DNA of 63,262 nt, filler included, from Dugesia japonica (lineage: Eukaryota), in the NCBI GenBank assembly GCA_001938525.1. It is 6 parts of 6 records of this genome, joined end to end, with 100 filler letters (N's around TTAATTAATTAA, not from the genome) between each part and the next. Parts side by side here need not be neighbours in the genome. Positions count along the whole stretch, not along the records: positions 10,216 to 22,105 come from MQRL01569014.1; positions 22,206 to 33,222 come from MQRL01631358.1; 4 more parts are not named here. The stretch is one strand, 5' to 3'. Positions 13,746-26,895 of this stretch are shown here, piece after piece. A program made the position numbers and the translations under genes. The notes beneath the pieces were generated by a model. It did not search any database, had not been told where the DNA came from, and saw only the letters and a list, made by a program, of their open reading frames with translations. The stretch's first letter is position 1, and every line of letters begins with the position of its first letter.

Positions 13746-14718
13746 TTGTACAATAAAAATTGACCAAAAATTATTGAGCTGAATATTCGACCTTCCCGAG
13801 CAAACATTTGACCGTTCCAACAAAAATTCGGATAACCAGCATTATCAAATAGAAAAAGTCTATTAAATTACATAAAACCTTATCTCTATGTAGTTAATTT
13901 CAAAGTTATTTATCAACTAAAGTTTCTTCTATCTGATGTTATTTTTCACATTCTCAAATAATGAGCATCGTTAAAAAACGTTTATAATACATATAATTTA
14001 ACTAAAAAAATAACGTTTATCCGAAAACATTGTACCTTTCAAATTAGTGAAGATAGTGCAAATTAATATTTTAAAATGGAGATCAATTTAATTGTAATTA
14101 TAAAAACTATAGCTCAACATTTAATATTTATAAACAATGATGAAGGCATTTTTTTATTTGTAAGTTTTAAAGAAAACTGCTGCATTTACTCTTTGTTCCG
14201 TTTTTCTGATATTTGACAATTCCGTTTGTTATACGTGTGGGTAGTAGAATTTAGCGAATTTTTATACGTAGGTGAATGAGTCAATGCAATATACGAAGTT
14301 GGTGATCCCAAAAAAGATTAGGAAACAATGAATTAAACATTTATTTTTTGTTAAATATTATTATTTTATACGAGATTTTCATTAAATTCAGAAATTTTTA
14401 GAAACAAAATAATTTCGATAATTTACATTAAATGTGAAATAATTTGTGTTCAAATATTATTGTTATTTGAATTGTTAAAATATCTCTCATAACCCATAGT
14501 TATTAACTTCCTTTATGAAGATATAAATAAAGTTTGCATTATTACAAATTTATTTATTTTCTTTTCGTATTTAAAAGTAAACATTGAATATTTATGACGC
14601 AGTTGCGTTCAGAATTGATTTTATTTGGTAAAATAATGTTTATTAATTGAGATAATTTTCAATTTTCTTAGTAATCTTTACACAGTTTCTATTTTCATCA
14701 TCAAATTATATTTATCAG

Positions 14719-14812
14719 AATATCCCAGGAACTCTCATCAATAATTCTGGATTCAATTTCTCTATTTATTCCACAAATTTAATTGGAATCATTTTATATG
14801 GAGGAGATTCAA
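14719..14812 (+). CDS. Putative exon of a spliced extracellular-protein gene (runs into a gap)
   Basis: Acceptor tttatcAG, then open frame NIPGTLINNSGFNFSIYSTNLIGIILYGGDS. Confidence 0.4.
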
Positions 14813-14961
14813 NNNNNNNNNNNNNNNNNNNNNNNNNNNNNNNNNNNNNNNNNNNNNNNNNNNNNNNNNNNNNNNNNNNNNNNNNNNNNNNNNNNNNNNN
14901 NNNNNNNNNNNNNNNNNNNNNNNNNNNNNNNNNTAATAATAAATAATTATGATAATTCTAG

Positions 14962-15084
14962 GTGAATGTTCTCAATGTTCAAATGTTGTCATGATATTTG
15001 TTATGAAGTTGGATGTTGCACAAATAAATATTACATGTAATTATAAATCAAATATTTTACAAATGATTCCATCAAATAATCAAG
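14962..15084 (+). CDS. Putative 123-nt phase-1/1 exon
   Basis: ttctAG acceptor and caag|GTGAGT donor. Open frame ECSQCSNVVMIFVMKLDVAQINITCNYKSNILQMIPSNNQ. Confidence 0.55.
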
Positions 15085-15305
15085 GTGAGTCTCNNNNNNN
15101 NNNNNNNNNNNNNNNNNNNNNNNNNAATTATAAATCAAAATTATTACAATTGAAATAATAACAAATAAAATCAATATTAGATATATTTACCAAGAAAATG
15201 GTTCAGCAGTATTGTAATAATGAGAAATAATTTATTGATTTTCATAATAGATTTAGTTCAAATAAATAAATTATTAATAATAAATAAATATTTATTTATA
15301 AAATA

Positions 15306-16545
15306 TTAGGTGTATAACTTAGTTTTTCGGATTTTTTAAGAGTAAGTATAATTTTTACATTAAACATTTCTTTGCAGTGATACTTACATCACTTTAAAGT
15401 ATAGATATTTTTTATTTAAATTAAATATATCAATATTCGTGAAATTCATTTTTTTAGTATCAAACATGTAAAAATTCGTAACAAAAAAGCAGCATATTCG
15501 GAAAGTATTACTTTTTTGTTTTTATCAAAACAAAAAAGCTGCTGAGAGTTTTTGTTTGCTTCAAGAAACATATGGTGAACATGCCCAACGCAACAATCTT
15601 GCGAAAATTGGTTTAAACGTTTTAAATGCGGTAATTTGGATGTCACTGATAAAGAACGTTCTGGTTAACGAAATAAATTTGAAGATGAAGAATTCGAAGC
15701 ATTATTGAGGGAACTTAGCTCAAACTGAAAAATAACTTACAAAACAGTTAAATGTCACTCAAGCAGCCACAAGGAAACGCCTACATGATATGGAAATGAT
15801 TCTAAAGGAAGGAAAATAGATACCACATGAAATAACACAAGCCAACATTGAAAATCATTTAATAGTTTGCTGTTCATTGATTAAAAGACATCGTAGATGA
15901 CTCTTTTGCATCTCATTCTGACTTTTGATGAAAAATGGATTTATTACTATAACTCTAAACGGAAAAAATCTTAGGTTCATCCACGTCATCAGCAAAAAGA
16001 AACATTCATGGAGGTAAGGCTTTGTTGTGCATTTGATGGGATCAGAAAGGAGTGGTGTACTATCAGGTCCTAAAATCAAACGAAACTATTATGGGTGAAC
16101 GTGACCAACAAAATTTATTGATTTGAATCATGAATTGAATGCAAAACGTCCGATTCCTACTAACACACAACTACACGAAAATTCTCGACCACATGTCTCA
16201 AAACAAGTAAAAAATACGTTGGAAGCACTTAAATGGGAAATTCTACCGCGTGCTCCCTATTCACCAGATTTTGCTCCATCAGACTACTAATTATTCCGAT
16301 CAATGCAAATTGCTTTTCAAAATCAGCACTTTAGAAACCACAAAGAAATCAAAAAATGGATTGAATAATGGATCGGATGAAAAGACGAACCATTTTTTTG
16401 ATGGAATCCATATATTGCCAGAAAGATGGTCAAAAGTCATAACTATTAAAAGTCAAAATATTTTGATTAAAATAAAATTTACCATTTTTTGAAATAAGCT
16501 TGTTTTTCTTCTAAAAAAATTCAAAAAACTAAGTTACACACCTAA
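15306..16545 (+). mobile_element. Full-length but inactive mariner element (1240 bp)
   Basis: TIRs TTAGGTGTATAACTTAGTTTTT / AAAAACTAAGTTACACACCTAA flanked by TA. Broken transposase with DEKWIYY, HENSRPH, PYSPDFAPSDY and GIHILPERW. Confidence 0.95.
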
Positions 16546-16922
16546 TAAATATTTGAAAAATTAAAAGAATTTCATAATTTGTTATTTATACAATTTATTT
16601 TTAATTTTATTATTTTANNNNNNNNNNNNNNNNNNNNNNNNNNNNNNNNNNNNNNNNNNNNNNNNNNNNNNNNNNNNNNNNNNNNNNNNNNNNNNNNNNN
16701 NNNNNNNNNNNNNNNNNNNNNNNNNNNNNNNNNNNNNNNNNNNNNNNNNNNNNNNNNNNNNNNNNNNNNNNNNNNNNNNNNNNNNNNNNNNNNNNNNNNN
16801 NNNNNNNNNNNNNNNNNNNNNNNNNNNNNNNNNNNNNNNNNNNNNNNNNNNNNNNNNNNNNNNNNNNNNNNNNNNNNNNNNNNNNNNNNNNNNNNNNNNN
16901 NNNNNNNNNNNNNNNNNNNNNN

Positions 16923-17064
16923 AATGGAACAATATTTAATCGATCATGCAATGAAGAATACAAAGAAATAATTTGCAAAGATGGAAATTGTATTAAAAGA
17001 AATGTATTGTATAAATTTGATGATTGTTCGATATCATCAATGAATTCAAAATATTGCAGAAATA
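16923..17064 (+). CDS. Putative Cys-rich exon (degenerate LDL-receptor class A-like module)
   Basis: Open frame NGTIFNRSCNEEYKEIICKDGNCIKRNVLYKFDDCSISSMNSKYCRN, ending at a phase-1 GTGAGT donor. Confidence 0.55.
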
Positions 17065-17619
17065 GTGAGTTCTGATTGGTAAATATTTATCTAATGTGAA
17101 ATATATTTTATTTTGTTAAATATATTGAAATTATTTATTAAAACAATTTCTATTAAATTTCATATTTATGGTTTGATAAAAAATTTATTATCAACCAATT
17201 AAATTTCTGGGGGTAATTTCACAATAATGTTTGAAAAGGAGTTGAAATTTTTGTGCTTTGGTTGGAAATTGTTTTTTAGGAATATTTCTTTTTAAAAAAT
17301 TTAAAGTCACAAATTAATTAAGAAATTAAAGCAAATTAAATTAAATTTTTTATAAAAACATTACGAATAGTTTAAAGATTAATTTAAATGATTTCGTACA
17401 CCGTTTATTGTAGATTTTTAGAAATAATCATTTTGTTTTAAAATTTTGGGAGAATTTTAAATGAGATTTTGATGACAGATAATTGTTTTCTTTGACTTTT
17501 CAAATTATTTCAAATAAAAGTTTGATCTAAAATTTACAATTTATTAAAAAATAATTTTTCATTAGAATATGTAATTTTAATTTGTTTGAATAAACAAATA
17601 ATGATAGTTATAGTTTTGT

Positions 17620-18705
17620 TTTGTGAATAAATTTGTGCTTGATGAAGATTTTATGGAAGCATTTGTGAAAGAAGTGGACGGATATTGAGAGAGATTGCGA
17701 TTAGCTTTTAAGAGCAAGAGAGATGTAATAAAAGATTCACAGAATCTTGTTATCTATCAACGTGGTGGTGAAGACCTTTAGATGTTCTTTAAAAAGGGGA
17801 AGATTTCGTCAATAAATCATTAGCAAATGGAGAGCTGACGAAAGAAAAACTTTTCTCAAATACGCTAATAATTTGTGTAGGTAGTAAAAAAGCAGAAGAA
17901 GTGATAATCAAGTGAAAATTAAAAAAATTAGAGATATAAAAGAAACACTATGACTAATTGTAAGAATAAAAAGAAGATAATCTATTAACGTAGTAAAAAG
18001 ATATGCATGAAGAACTTACTGGAGAAAGGAGAAAAATATCGAGAGAGTTAAGAAAAGAATAGATCTACAGAAAGAGACTGTCTGAAAAATAACAAGTGGA
18101 ATGTAGGACTTGGAGAAACAGAACGTATAATTATATAATTAAATATAATTATAATTATATAATAAAATTGGAAAGATGTGTGTTGAAGTTGTAATTTCAG
18201 AGGTGTGCAAGGAAGTAACATTTATATTAGTAGAAAAACTTATAACATATCTAATTGTTGGAGTGGAATTTTAAAAGATTTTTGGGTATCATCTTCAAAG
18301 AAACTGCAGGGTATACATCAATAATCATCGAAATATGTTTTTGCAACATTGAGGCAAATGTCGGAAGGCAGAAACAGACAGGCGAACGATTGAGACAAGC
18401 AATGTAGATTCTAGAAATTAACAAAAATCACAGAATAATGAGGATGTATTTTGTGCGGATAATAGGGTCATTTGATGCACACATTTCATGAAGCATCGAA
18501 TAATCACTAAAAGAGGTCCAATTAACATAAACCCCTATCAACCAATCAATCTAGAAGAGAAGATTGAAAAGGCCATCTAGAATCTGTATGATAATGGTAT
18601 CATCAGAAAGTGTAATTATCAATGAAATACGCCATTAATCTGTGATTGGAAAAAGAAAAAAAAGGATATACGATTATGCTTAGACTTTAGACTGCTGAAT
18701 GCAAT
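17620..18705 (+). mobile_element. Highly degenerate Ty3/Gypsy gag-pol fragment (family A-related)
   Basis: About 18510-18700 reads GPINIKPY..LEEKIEKAI.NLYDNGIIRKC..KKDIRLCLDFRLLN. Confidence 0.8.
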
Positions 18706-18954
18706 AAAATAAATAAATGTGAGCGCACTGGATCACTATGAGTTATCTAGTGTGATGTATTTTAATCTTTGGTTTAATTTGTGCTTCCATCTGTTGCGGG
18801 TAGATGAATTTTTGTTTTAATTTGCTGAGAAATTTGATAAAAGATTTAAAAGATTTATTTTGGAGGGCAATTTAAAAACATTTTTTATGTAGTTCTTAAT
18901 GATTCAGTTCGCTCACATCAACCATCCAAGTTACTAGTTATTAGTTATTATGAA

Positions 18955-19385
18955 TTTAAGATTTTTGATAGGATCATATTTTTGATCAGATCAATTTTTT
19001 CGAGAGAAATTAAATTTCTTTTCCCTTTTACCTTTCCTCCTTTTTTTGTAAGAAATTTAAAAAAGGTCTTGGCGAGAAATTTAAATATATTTTTCTTTTT
19101 CTATGAGCGATTCACGATTACCCATTAAAAAAATCAAATCACAGGTGATTAGTTCTCAAAATCTACGATAACCCAAAGAACAAATCAAAACACAGGTGGT
19201 ATGTTCTCTTGAAACCAATCTTTAAACTCAATATTTAAGCGGCACATTTAAATTTTTTTCTTTTTCTTTTTCTATGAACAATTCACAATTACCCATAAAA
19301 CAAATCAAAGCATATGTGGCATGTTCTCTTGAAGCCCATCTTTACGCCGAAAGTTTAAGCTGCAAATATAAAAATATTTTTGGCG
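18955..19385. repeat. Unclassified repeat with internal tandem duplications
   Basis: ttttctatga.c.attcac.attaccca..aaatcaaa..ca..tg occurs 2-3 times. Its gatttttg..gatca motif also occurs at 51365-51447. Confidence 0.5.
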
Positions 19386-19589
19386 GGAATAATTTCTCAT
19401 AAGTTATTTACTTAAATAAATAATCTATTATTAATTAATTCCATGCATTGTTTCAGTAACAGTCTTGTTTTCCTTTCATACCATTACATTACCTCCTCAG
19501 ACATGTACAGTCTGATTGAGCAATTCTATCAATGTCTTTAGCATTCAATTTGAGTTCGTTCATACTGGCTGACTTACGTTATAATCCAA

Positions 19590-21720
19590 TAATGTGATGA
19601 AGGATTACGCTGTGCAAATAATAGTGCACTTGAAATTGTTTGGAAAGTTAGAACTGGAGTGATAATTGATGAACTTTGCAAAGAGGTTACTTTTTTAATT
19701 GCTTGAAAAAGTAACGCCCAATCTGATATGAGGAATATATACGCAGAAAAAATTTCGATATCAGCTTATGCATAAAGGTGATAGTAAAACGGATGAAAAA
19801 GTTGAAAATTGCATTTGTAATATTAAAGCAAAATTTGGGAGACAAATTAAAAAAGGAGAACAATTGACAAGAACCCTAGTACTTTGAAGATTAAAGATGA
19901 CCAACGGTTATTGAAAATAACTAAAGGAAAGAAGATGCTTTATGGCAGATAAATGAGATGTAGGACCCACAATATACAAAACAGTTTAGAGAATATTATT
20001 ATCTGGAAATGCAACTCTCCATGGAATACCTCACTAAATTTTGTTTGGAAAAAGGAATATAAAAACATAAAAATATGTTTGGATTTCAATCAATTGAATG
20101 CAGTAACGAAAAGACAAGCCTTTTTGATATCTAATGTCAATGAAACGCTGAACAAGTTAGATAGAGCCAAATATTTCAGTTCAATAGATTTGAGAAATGC
20201 ATATAATCAGGTAGAGATAGAACAAGAATCTCAAGAAAAAACGGTGTTTTTAACGAAACACGAATAATATTGTTTTAATAGAATGCCTTTTGCCATTGCA
20301 GTGGTACCAGGTACATTTCAGCAGATGATGACAAAAGTGGCAGGCAAAATCAATGGAGCCATGATTTATCTCAATGGCATTTTGATATTTACGAAAAATA
20401 AAGATCAAAACTATTTAGTAATCGATAAATTATAATGAAGGCTCTTTTAAAAATTAATCCAGAAAAGTGTCAGTTTCTTCAAAGCGAAATCAAATTTCAA
20501 AGACAAATAATTAGCAGGGATGGTGTCAGAACTGAAGCAATAAGAACATTTACAAGTCTAACTGCGTGAAGAAGTTACAAAAGAAATTTTATTTTATGAA
20601 TTTGTATTAACTACAGGAAGTTTTTAGAAAATTATGCAATAAAATCAAGAATTTTAGAATGGTTTTGTAGCTGACCAAGCAACAAAAAATTTGAACGGAC
20701 ATATTAAATAAACGATACTTTTGAGGGTCTGAAGAAAACGATAATGAATGCGTCTATATTGTGTTAAAATGGTATTTATATTAGATAAAGAATTTGTGGA
20801 GCCAAATACAGTAGATAGTTCATAGTTGTGAAATTTTCAGAATACCAAAGTAAATAAAGAGAATACAAAGAAATTAGAATCTACTGAGTGGTTTGAAATT
20901 TTATTTACAGATATATGTGGGTCCATGTGAGAAACAAGTGGATGGAATAATATACCAGTGCAGTAAATACCTAATTCTTATAGCATTGCTTAGACATCAC
21001 GAGGAAGCAATAAGAAAGAAAACAATTGAGAAGTAAATATTAAGATTAAAATGTCCAAGTGAGATAAAATAAGATTAGGAAAAGCCTTTAAATCCAGAGT
21101 TATGAAAGAGGTTTTACAGAAACTAGATTTTAAACTTTGCTTTTTGAGTCCTTATCATCACAATGGAAACTAACAAATTGAAAGACAGTTCATGACAGTT
21201 CAAGATTTAATTAATGCAACACTTTAGAAGAGAAAGACAATATATTTGGCAGATCTTTTACACGATTTAGAATTTAAAATGAATGCAACAAAGCAGAAGA
21301 CGACTGAAAAGAGACCGGCTGAGATTGTTTTTTGAAAGAAAATGAGCAGAGAAAAGTGGTAGACGTCAGACGTTTTAGAGAGAAATAAGGAAAGAATTTC
21401 AGAAGTGACTTCTAAAAGAAAATTTAAAGAGATTGATTTTGTACTCTTCAAGGCAGAAACATGAAAAAAAGCCAAGATAGATTTAAAGAACTCTATTGAA
21501 TAATTAAGAAAATTCACGAATGACGGTATGTGGTACATAAAAAAATGGACTGCAATTAGAAAAAAATTTGGAAAAAAACTGGGAAACTTTCTTAAGAAGT
21601 GAGATATAAGGAAATAATTATTAATTAGTAATTTATCTAATAGAAAGCGATTTAATTGTATATTAATATTTTAATGGTTCTATTATTATATGAAAATATG
21701 AGTGATATAGTTGTGCGAAT
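19590..21720 (+). mobile_element. Ty3/Gypsy family A pol relic (PR-RT-RH-INT with deletions) and start of 3' LTR
   Basis: ORF 19953-20267 (ICLDFNQLN, FSSIDLRNAY), RMPF, integrase SPYHH, then a PPT followed by TAAGGAAATAATTA, shared with the copy at about 22330. Confidence 0.9.
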
Positions 21721-22205
21721 TTAAATAAATTATGTTTAAAAATAGCTGTGATTTTGAAAATGAATTAATATTAAAACATTTACCAAGCAATGAGGATACA
21801 CCATCTATTATGTCATTCTAAGCGGAAAAACTAGCAGCGTATATGAAGCATAAATAAAATTTGAAACATTTGAGGAGTAAAGTAGAAGAAGTTATTCGAA
21901 GCTGTAAGAAATACCAGTAAGTTAAAGTGTTGACAAAAAAACTAAACTTGAAATTGTACGATTAAAATTGACCGAAACATTTTGAATCGATAATTCCAAA
22001 ACCTTTTTACGTCATCGTAACGACCAATCGAAATGATTCATTCCTGGATCACTCAAATCACTAGATCACTTCTGTAAGTAGTTTCCACAGAATCTTTTAT
22101 TTTGTNNNNNNNNNNNNNNNNNNNNNNNNNNNNNNNNNNNNNNNNNNNNTTAATTAATTAANNNNNNNNNNNNNNNNNNNNNNNNNNNNNNNNNNNNNNN
22201 NNNNN

Positions 22206-22234
22206 GATCGAAGCTTTTATTTTAAATGAATTCA
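22206..22234 (+). repeat. 3' end of the hammerhead-bearing pLTR-like repeat (cut by the contig start)
   Basis: gatcgaagcttttattttaaatgaattcaa matches 33484-33513 and 35813-35840. Confidence 0.6.
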
Positions 22235-22244
22235 AGATAATTAT

Positions 22245-22955
22245 AATTGAATAGAATTGATTAAATCTTAATATAGAATTTAATCACTTTCTATTGGCTA
22301 AAATTATTAAATAATAATTATTTCCTTATATTCTCCTTCTTAATAAATTTCTAAGTTTTCCACATTTCTTTCTAATCGCTATCCATTTTCACCTTGTATC
22401 GCATACCGTCTTTTATGAATTTTCTCAATTATTCGATAAGGTCCTAAAAATCTGTCTTGACCTATATTTATTGTTTCTATCTTGATTAGTACAAAATCGC
22501 CCCCTTTTAATTCTCTGTTAGTAATCACGTCTGAAGTGTTTACTTTAGTTCTATCTGAAATGTCTGACTCATACCATTTTTCTCTGCTAATTTTCTTTCC
22601 AAATACGATCTCAGCTGGTCTCTTTTCAGTCGTCTTTTGCTTTGTTGCGTTCATTGTAAATCCTTTTTCCGGTAAAAGATCTGCCCAATCTGTTATCTTT
22701 CTTTCCTGAAGTATTGCATTAATCAAATCTCCAATTGTCTTGAATTTTATTTCAATTTGTTCGTTTGCATTATGATGATAGGGACTCGAAAAGAAAAGTT
22801 TAATATCTAGCTATAGTGCAAACTCTCTCATAACTCTGGATTCAAAAGCTTTTCCACAATCTAGTCTTATCTCTCTAAGGCATCCAAATTTCAGTATCCA
22901 CTTTTCAAAAATAGCTTTTCGTATATTTTCCTCGTCTTGTCTAGACAATGGTATA
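22245..22955 (-). mobile_element. Ty3/Gypsy family A integrase C-terminus, PPT and 3' LTR start
   Basis: ORF 22379-22726 (W.DLLP..F.MN, FLGPY). Continues at 26814-26895 beyond the nested element. Confidence 0.9.
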
Positions 22956-23073
22956 AGTTGAATATTTAAAAAAACTGAATATTTTTTTAAACATTGCGTG
23001 TTAATATTTCGATATTTCGTTTTGAACTTATTTGAATAAACCTATTTTGGAAATTAAGACTTTTAATTTAACT
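22956..23073 (+). repeat. 5' LTR, family B (118 bp, AGTT..AACT termini)
   Basis: Direct repeat of 26694-26808. Contains AATAAA and is followed by the PBS. Confidence 0.95.
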
Positions 23074-26000
23074 GGCAACTCTGCCCACCTGAACCCAATT
23101 ACTCGAAGCCAGGAAACTAAAGCAAAAAGAATCTATGAAGCTTTGCCTAAAGAGTCTAAGGAATTACTAAACCCTGAAATTACAAAATTCTCTGGGAATT
23201 ATGACGAAGACCCATCAAAATGGTTAAATGAAATTTCAGTCTTTGCAGAATCAAACAGCTTTGATTTATTATCAACCTTTGAGTTTTTATTAGACGGGGA
23301 TGCAAAAGACCTGTGGCTAGCATTTAAAAGTCGGCAGAATGTCAAGGATAAAATAGCTAGCGAATGGTTTAAAGGAAAATTTATAGAGGAAAAGTCATTT
23401 CTCCAAATTATTGAAGAATGTAGTATAATTCGACAAAAAGAAAATGAACGTTCTGAAAACTTTGAATTAGGAGTTTTAAGATCAGTCAAAGAAATATTTG
23501 AATCAGGATTGACTGTGGAAAACATTGCCGAAAGAAAAAATTTGGTTCCGAAGACCTAAGAAAATCTTTTGCTCTTAAACCAGAAATTAAGACGGATGAA
23601 ATGAAAAAGTTCGCTGAAAACTTTGAGAAGAACAATTTAAATTTTGGTGGGTCACAGATAAATAAGTTGACTTACTCAGAAGTGGGAGCTGCAAGTTACA
23701 ATCCGAGAATTAAGAAAACTGATTTAAAAGGTTCTAACTATTATAAACCTAGGAAAAATGAAATTGAAAAGGCGATTTCAATTGCTGAAGAATTTAATAA
23801 TTTCAAAAACAGTAGAGAAGGTCAATTTAGAAATAAACCAACAGTTTACATGAAGTTTATTGCAAGGAAATTGTATAATAGATCAAAAGGACTCCTTCCA
23901 CCAAAAGAAGAACAATTAAAAAAGGCTCATGTTTTTGCTGTGGTCTAATGGATCACATACGTAATAACTGCCCTCTGAAATCATGTTGCCTAATTTGTGG
24001 TAAAACGGGTCACAGTTTTAGAAACTGTCGATTACTTGGAAATCAGATAAATCATAACAATAAATGTGTGAAATGCTTTTTAGAAGAAGATGAGAATGTA
24101 GATGAAAGAAATAAAGATTTAAAAATGATCAATCATAATGCTAGATTTTTAAACGAAAGAGACTCCATTGTTTCAATTTTGTCGGTGGAGTCAAAACAAA
24201 AACTGAAATTCGGAATTCTAATATGTAAAAGAAGAATGATGGAAGAATTTGGAGTGTGGTCAACGTTAAAAGTAAAATGGTAGAAATGTTGTGGGATATA
24301 AGTGCTTCAATATCAGTGATGCATACAAAGTTATGGAAAGAGTGTGGATCTTTTCCATTGGATAAACGAAATATTAAATTGAGTGATGAATTTTCAAAAG
24401 AATCAGTGAATTGTTCAAGAATTGGAAAAGTTGAAATTGAATTTGGAAATGTGAAGAGAATAGTTTACATTGTGATTGTTGATGGAATATATCCAGAAAT
24501 TATTGGTGGAATTGATTTGTTTAATGCATTTAATATTCAGTTAAAAATATTTAATATTCTGAACTCAGAGAATATTAACAGCAAATTTACTGAGAAGGCA
24601 CAATATTGCTACAATCAACTGCTATTATCAACTGCTCCAACTACAATTCAGAAATTGATGCATAGAATCTTGGATGGAATTTTATTTAAAGGAGTAGTTG
24701 TATATATTGACGATGTTTTAATATTTACAAAAAAGCAGAAATACCAAAATGCACTAAGCAATTACGTTCTTTTTTAGGCTTGGCAAACTATTACAGGAAG
24801 TTTGCTAAAAATTTTTCGTTACTTGCAAAACCATTATATGCTGCCACGAACTGCCATAAACGAGAAATTCAATGGACTGAAGAGTGCAAAACAAGCTTTA
24901 ATGAGATCAAACAGGCTTTATGTACTGCACCAATATTAGGTTTTCCGGATTTAAGCAACCAATTCATATCGGATACTGATACTTTAGTGGAGCCAAATTC
25001 AAAACGGTCGTGAAGTGGTAATCACAAGATAATTAAATGCTCATGAAAAAAAGTTATTGTGTGACACGTAAAGAATTGCTGGCATTATATGAATTCATCA
25101 GACATTTTTGTCATTATTTATATGGGAAAAACTTTGTAGCACGAACCGATCACAAGGCATTGGAATTTATTAAGTTTTCACATAAACCAATTACGTCACA
25201 ATTTCAAACCTGGATAACCAAATTGGCAGAATATGATTTTGAGCTTAAATATAGGAAAGGTGAGCAGCACNNNNNNNNNNNNNNNNNNNNNNNNNNNNNN
25301 NNNNNNNNNNNNNNNNNNNNAATTGGCAGAATATGATTTTGAGCTTAAATATAGGAAAGGTGAGCAGCACGCAAATGCAGATGATATGTCTCGTATTCTT
25401 TCAAGTTATTGTTCTCAATGTCAAACCAAACATGTGGATGCTAAAGTCAAGATGTCTAAAGTAAAATATTTGAGAGTTTTAGATGATTCTGTGGGCAATG
25501 TGGATAGCTATATTAACAGATTTAAGAGCAACGAATTGTTTTTTAAAGTAAAAATAGAACTCTCTGGGGAAGACAAAGAGATTCTTGAAGATCTAAACGA
25601 ATCAATTTACAGAAAACACTTAAATCATTTATTTTTAGAAGATGATTTGATAAGCATTGAACGTGATGGGGTTCGTAAGATTGCAGTACCACCAAATGAA
25701 ATAAACGACTTTGTTAATAAAGTACACAAAGATTTATGTCATGTTGAAATGAAAAAAGCTGTAAAATATGTATCAGATTATTTCTTTTGGCCAAATATGA
25801 TAAGAGATATTCAAAATATAATACAACAATGTCAATTTTGTATGAGCAGGAAAATAAGTAGTGAAAAAGTTCAAGAGAAATTTATTCCACGCGAAGTTAG
25901 TAATCCTATTGAACAAATTGTTATGGATATAGCATAAATGGATATCGGTCGATCAAATAAAAGATAAATGATTGTTATCATTGATCAATTTAGTAAAACG

Positions 26001-26693
26001 ATTAGTCTCACTACAACAAACAATCAAAATAAAACCGCTGTAAAAGCACTCTACTAAACTAATGAATTTATAAATTTGGTAAACCACAGAACATCGTGTC
26101 AGACCGTGGTAAAGTATTTGAAAGGAAATTATTACAAAATCTAGCTAGTAAGCTTAATATTTCATGGATTTTTACGTCTCCATATGCACATAAATCTAAT
26201 AGATTAGCTGAATGAGCAATCAGAACAGTTCGAAACCTGATAGTGACTTCAATAAAAGCGGGAGAGGATAAAAAATCATAGGATGAGCTTCTTCCTAGAG
26301 TAGAGTTTGCATTCAATTGTATCGTATCAAAGTCAACGGGATTCTCACCAATGGAAATCATTTATAAGAGGAAGATAAATATTCAAGCAAATAAGGAACA
26401 CAACTTTGAAGAGAATGAAATTATAAATAAAGCTTACGATAATATTAAACGAGCGTCACAGACAATGACAAATCAAAGAAAAAACCGTGTTAGTTGCAAG
26501 TTCGAAGTAGGTGAAGACGTGTTAGTAAGGAAAGACCCTCAAAAACGGAAGAAGAATGATTTATTCTATGAAGGTCCTAATAAAATTACTGAATTTCTAA
26601 CTCCTCACCAAGTTTGGTAAGAAACTCCACAAGTTTCCAGATTTAGAAGAATAGAATGGTTAATGAGATGCTGATTCTAGAAAGAGAAGAAGA

Positions 26694-26808
26694 AGTTGAA
26701 TATTTAAAAAAAATGAATATTTGTTTAAATATTGCGTTTTAATATTTAGATATATTTTGAACTTATTTGAATAAACTTGTTATGGAAATCAAGACTTTTG
26801 ATTTAACT
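26694..26808 (+). repeat. 3' LTR, family B (115 bp)
   Basis: Preceded by the polypurine tract and followed by TSD GTATA. Confidence 0.95.
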
Positions 26809-26895
26809 GTATAAGAACCAGATATTTACTGTACTGGTCGATTATTCCAAGAATAAATTTTTTCCATCCACTTGTTTCCCTCATTGACCCACATA

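Larger units (their letters stand above)
22956..26808 (+). mobile_element. Ty3/Gypsy family B provirus with both LTRs, internally deleted
   Basis: LTRs at 22956-23073 and 26694-26808, 5-bp TSD GTATA, PBS TGGCAACTCTGCC and PPT 26681-26693. Contains gag with CCHC knuckles, protease, partial RT (YIDD), RNase H (TDHKAL), integrase zinc finger and core (SDRG), and GP motif. Confidence 0.95.

Noticed and set aside
16579-16978. Long ORFs made mostly of X (also 38187-38621 and 56314-56599)
   Set aside because: They are open only because they span N gaps.
19470-19510. Minus-strand CUGAGGA...GAAA
   Set aside because: No stem II pairing and no NUH/stem I complement.
25221-25370. Exact duplication on both sides of an N gap (similarly 11083-11154 vs 11387-11458)
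   Set aside because: Most likely unmerged contig overlap, an assembly artefact.
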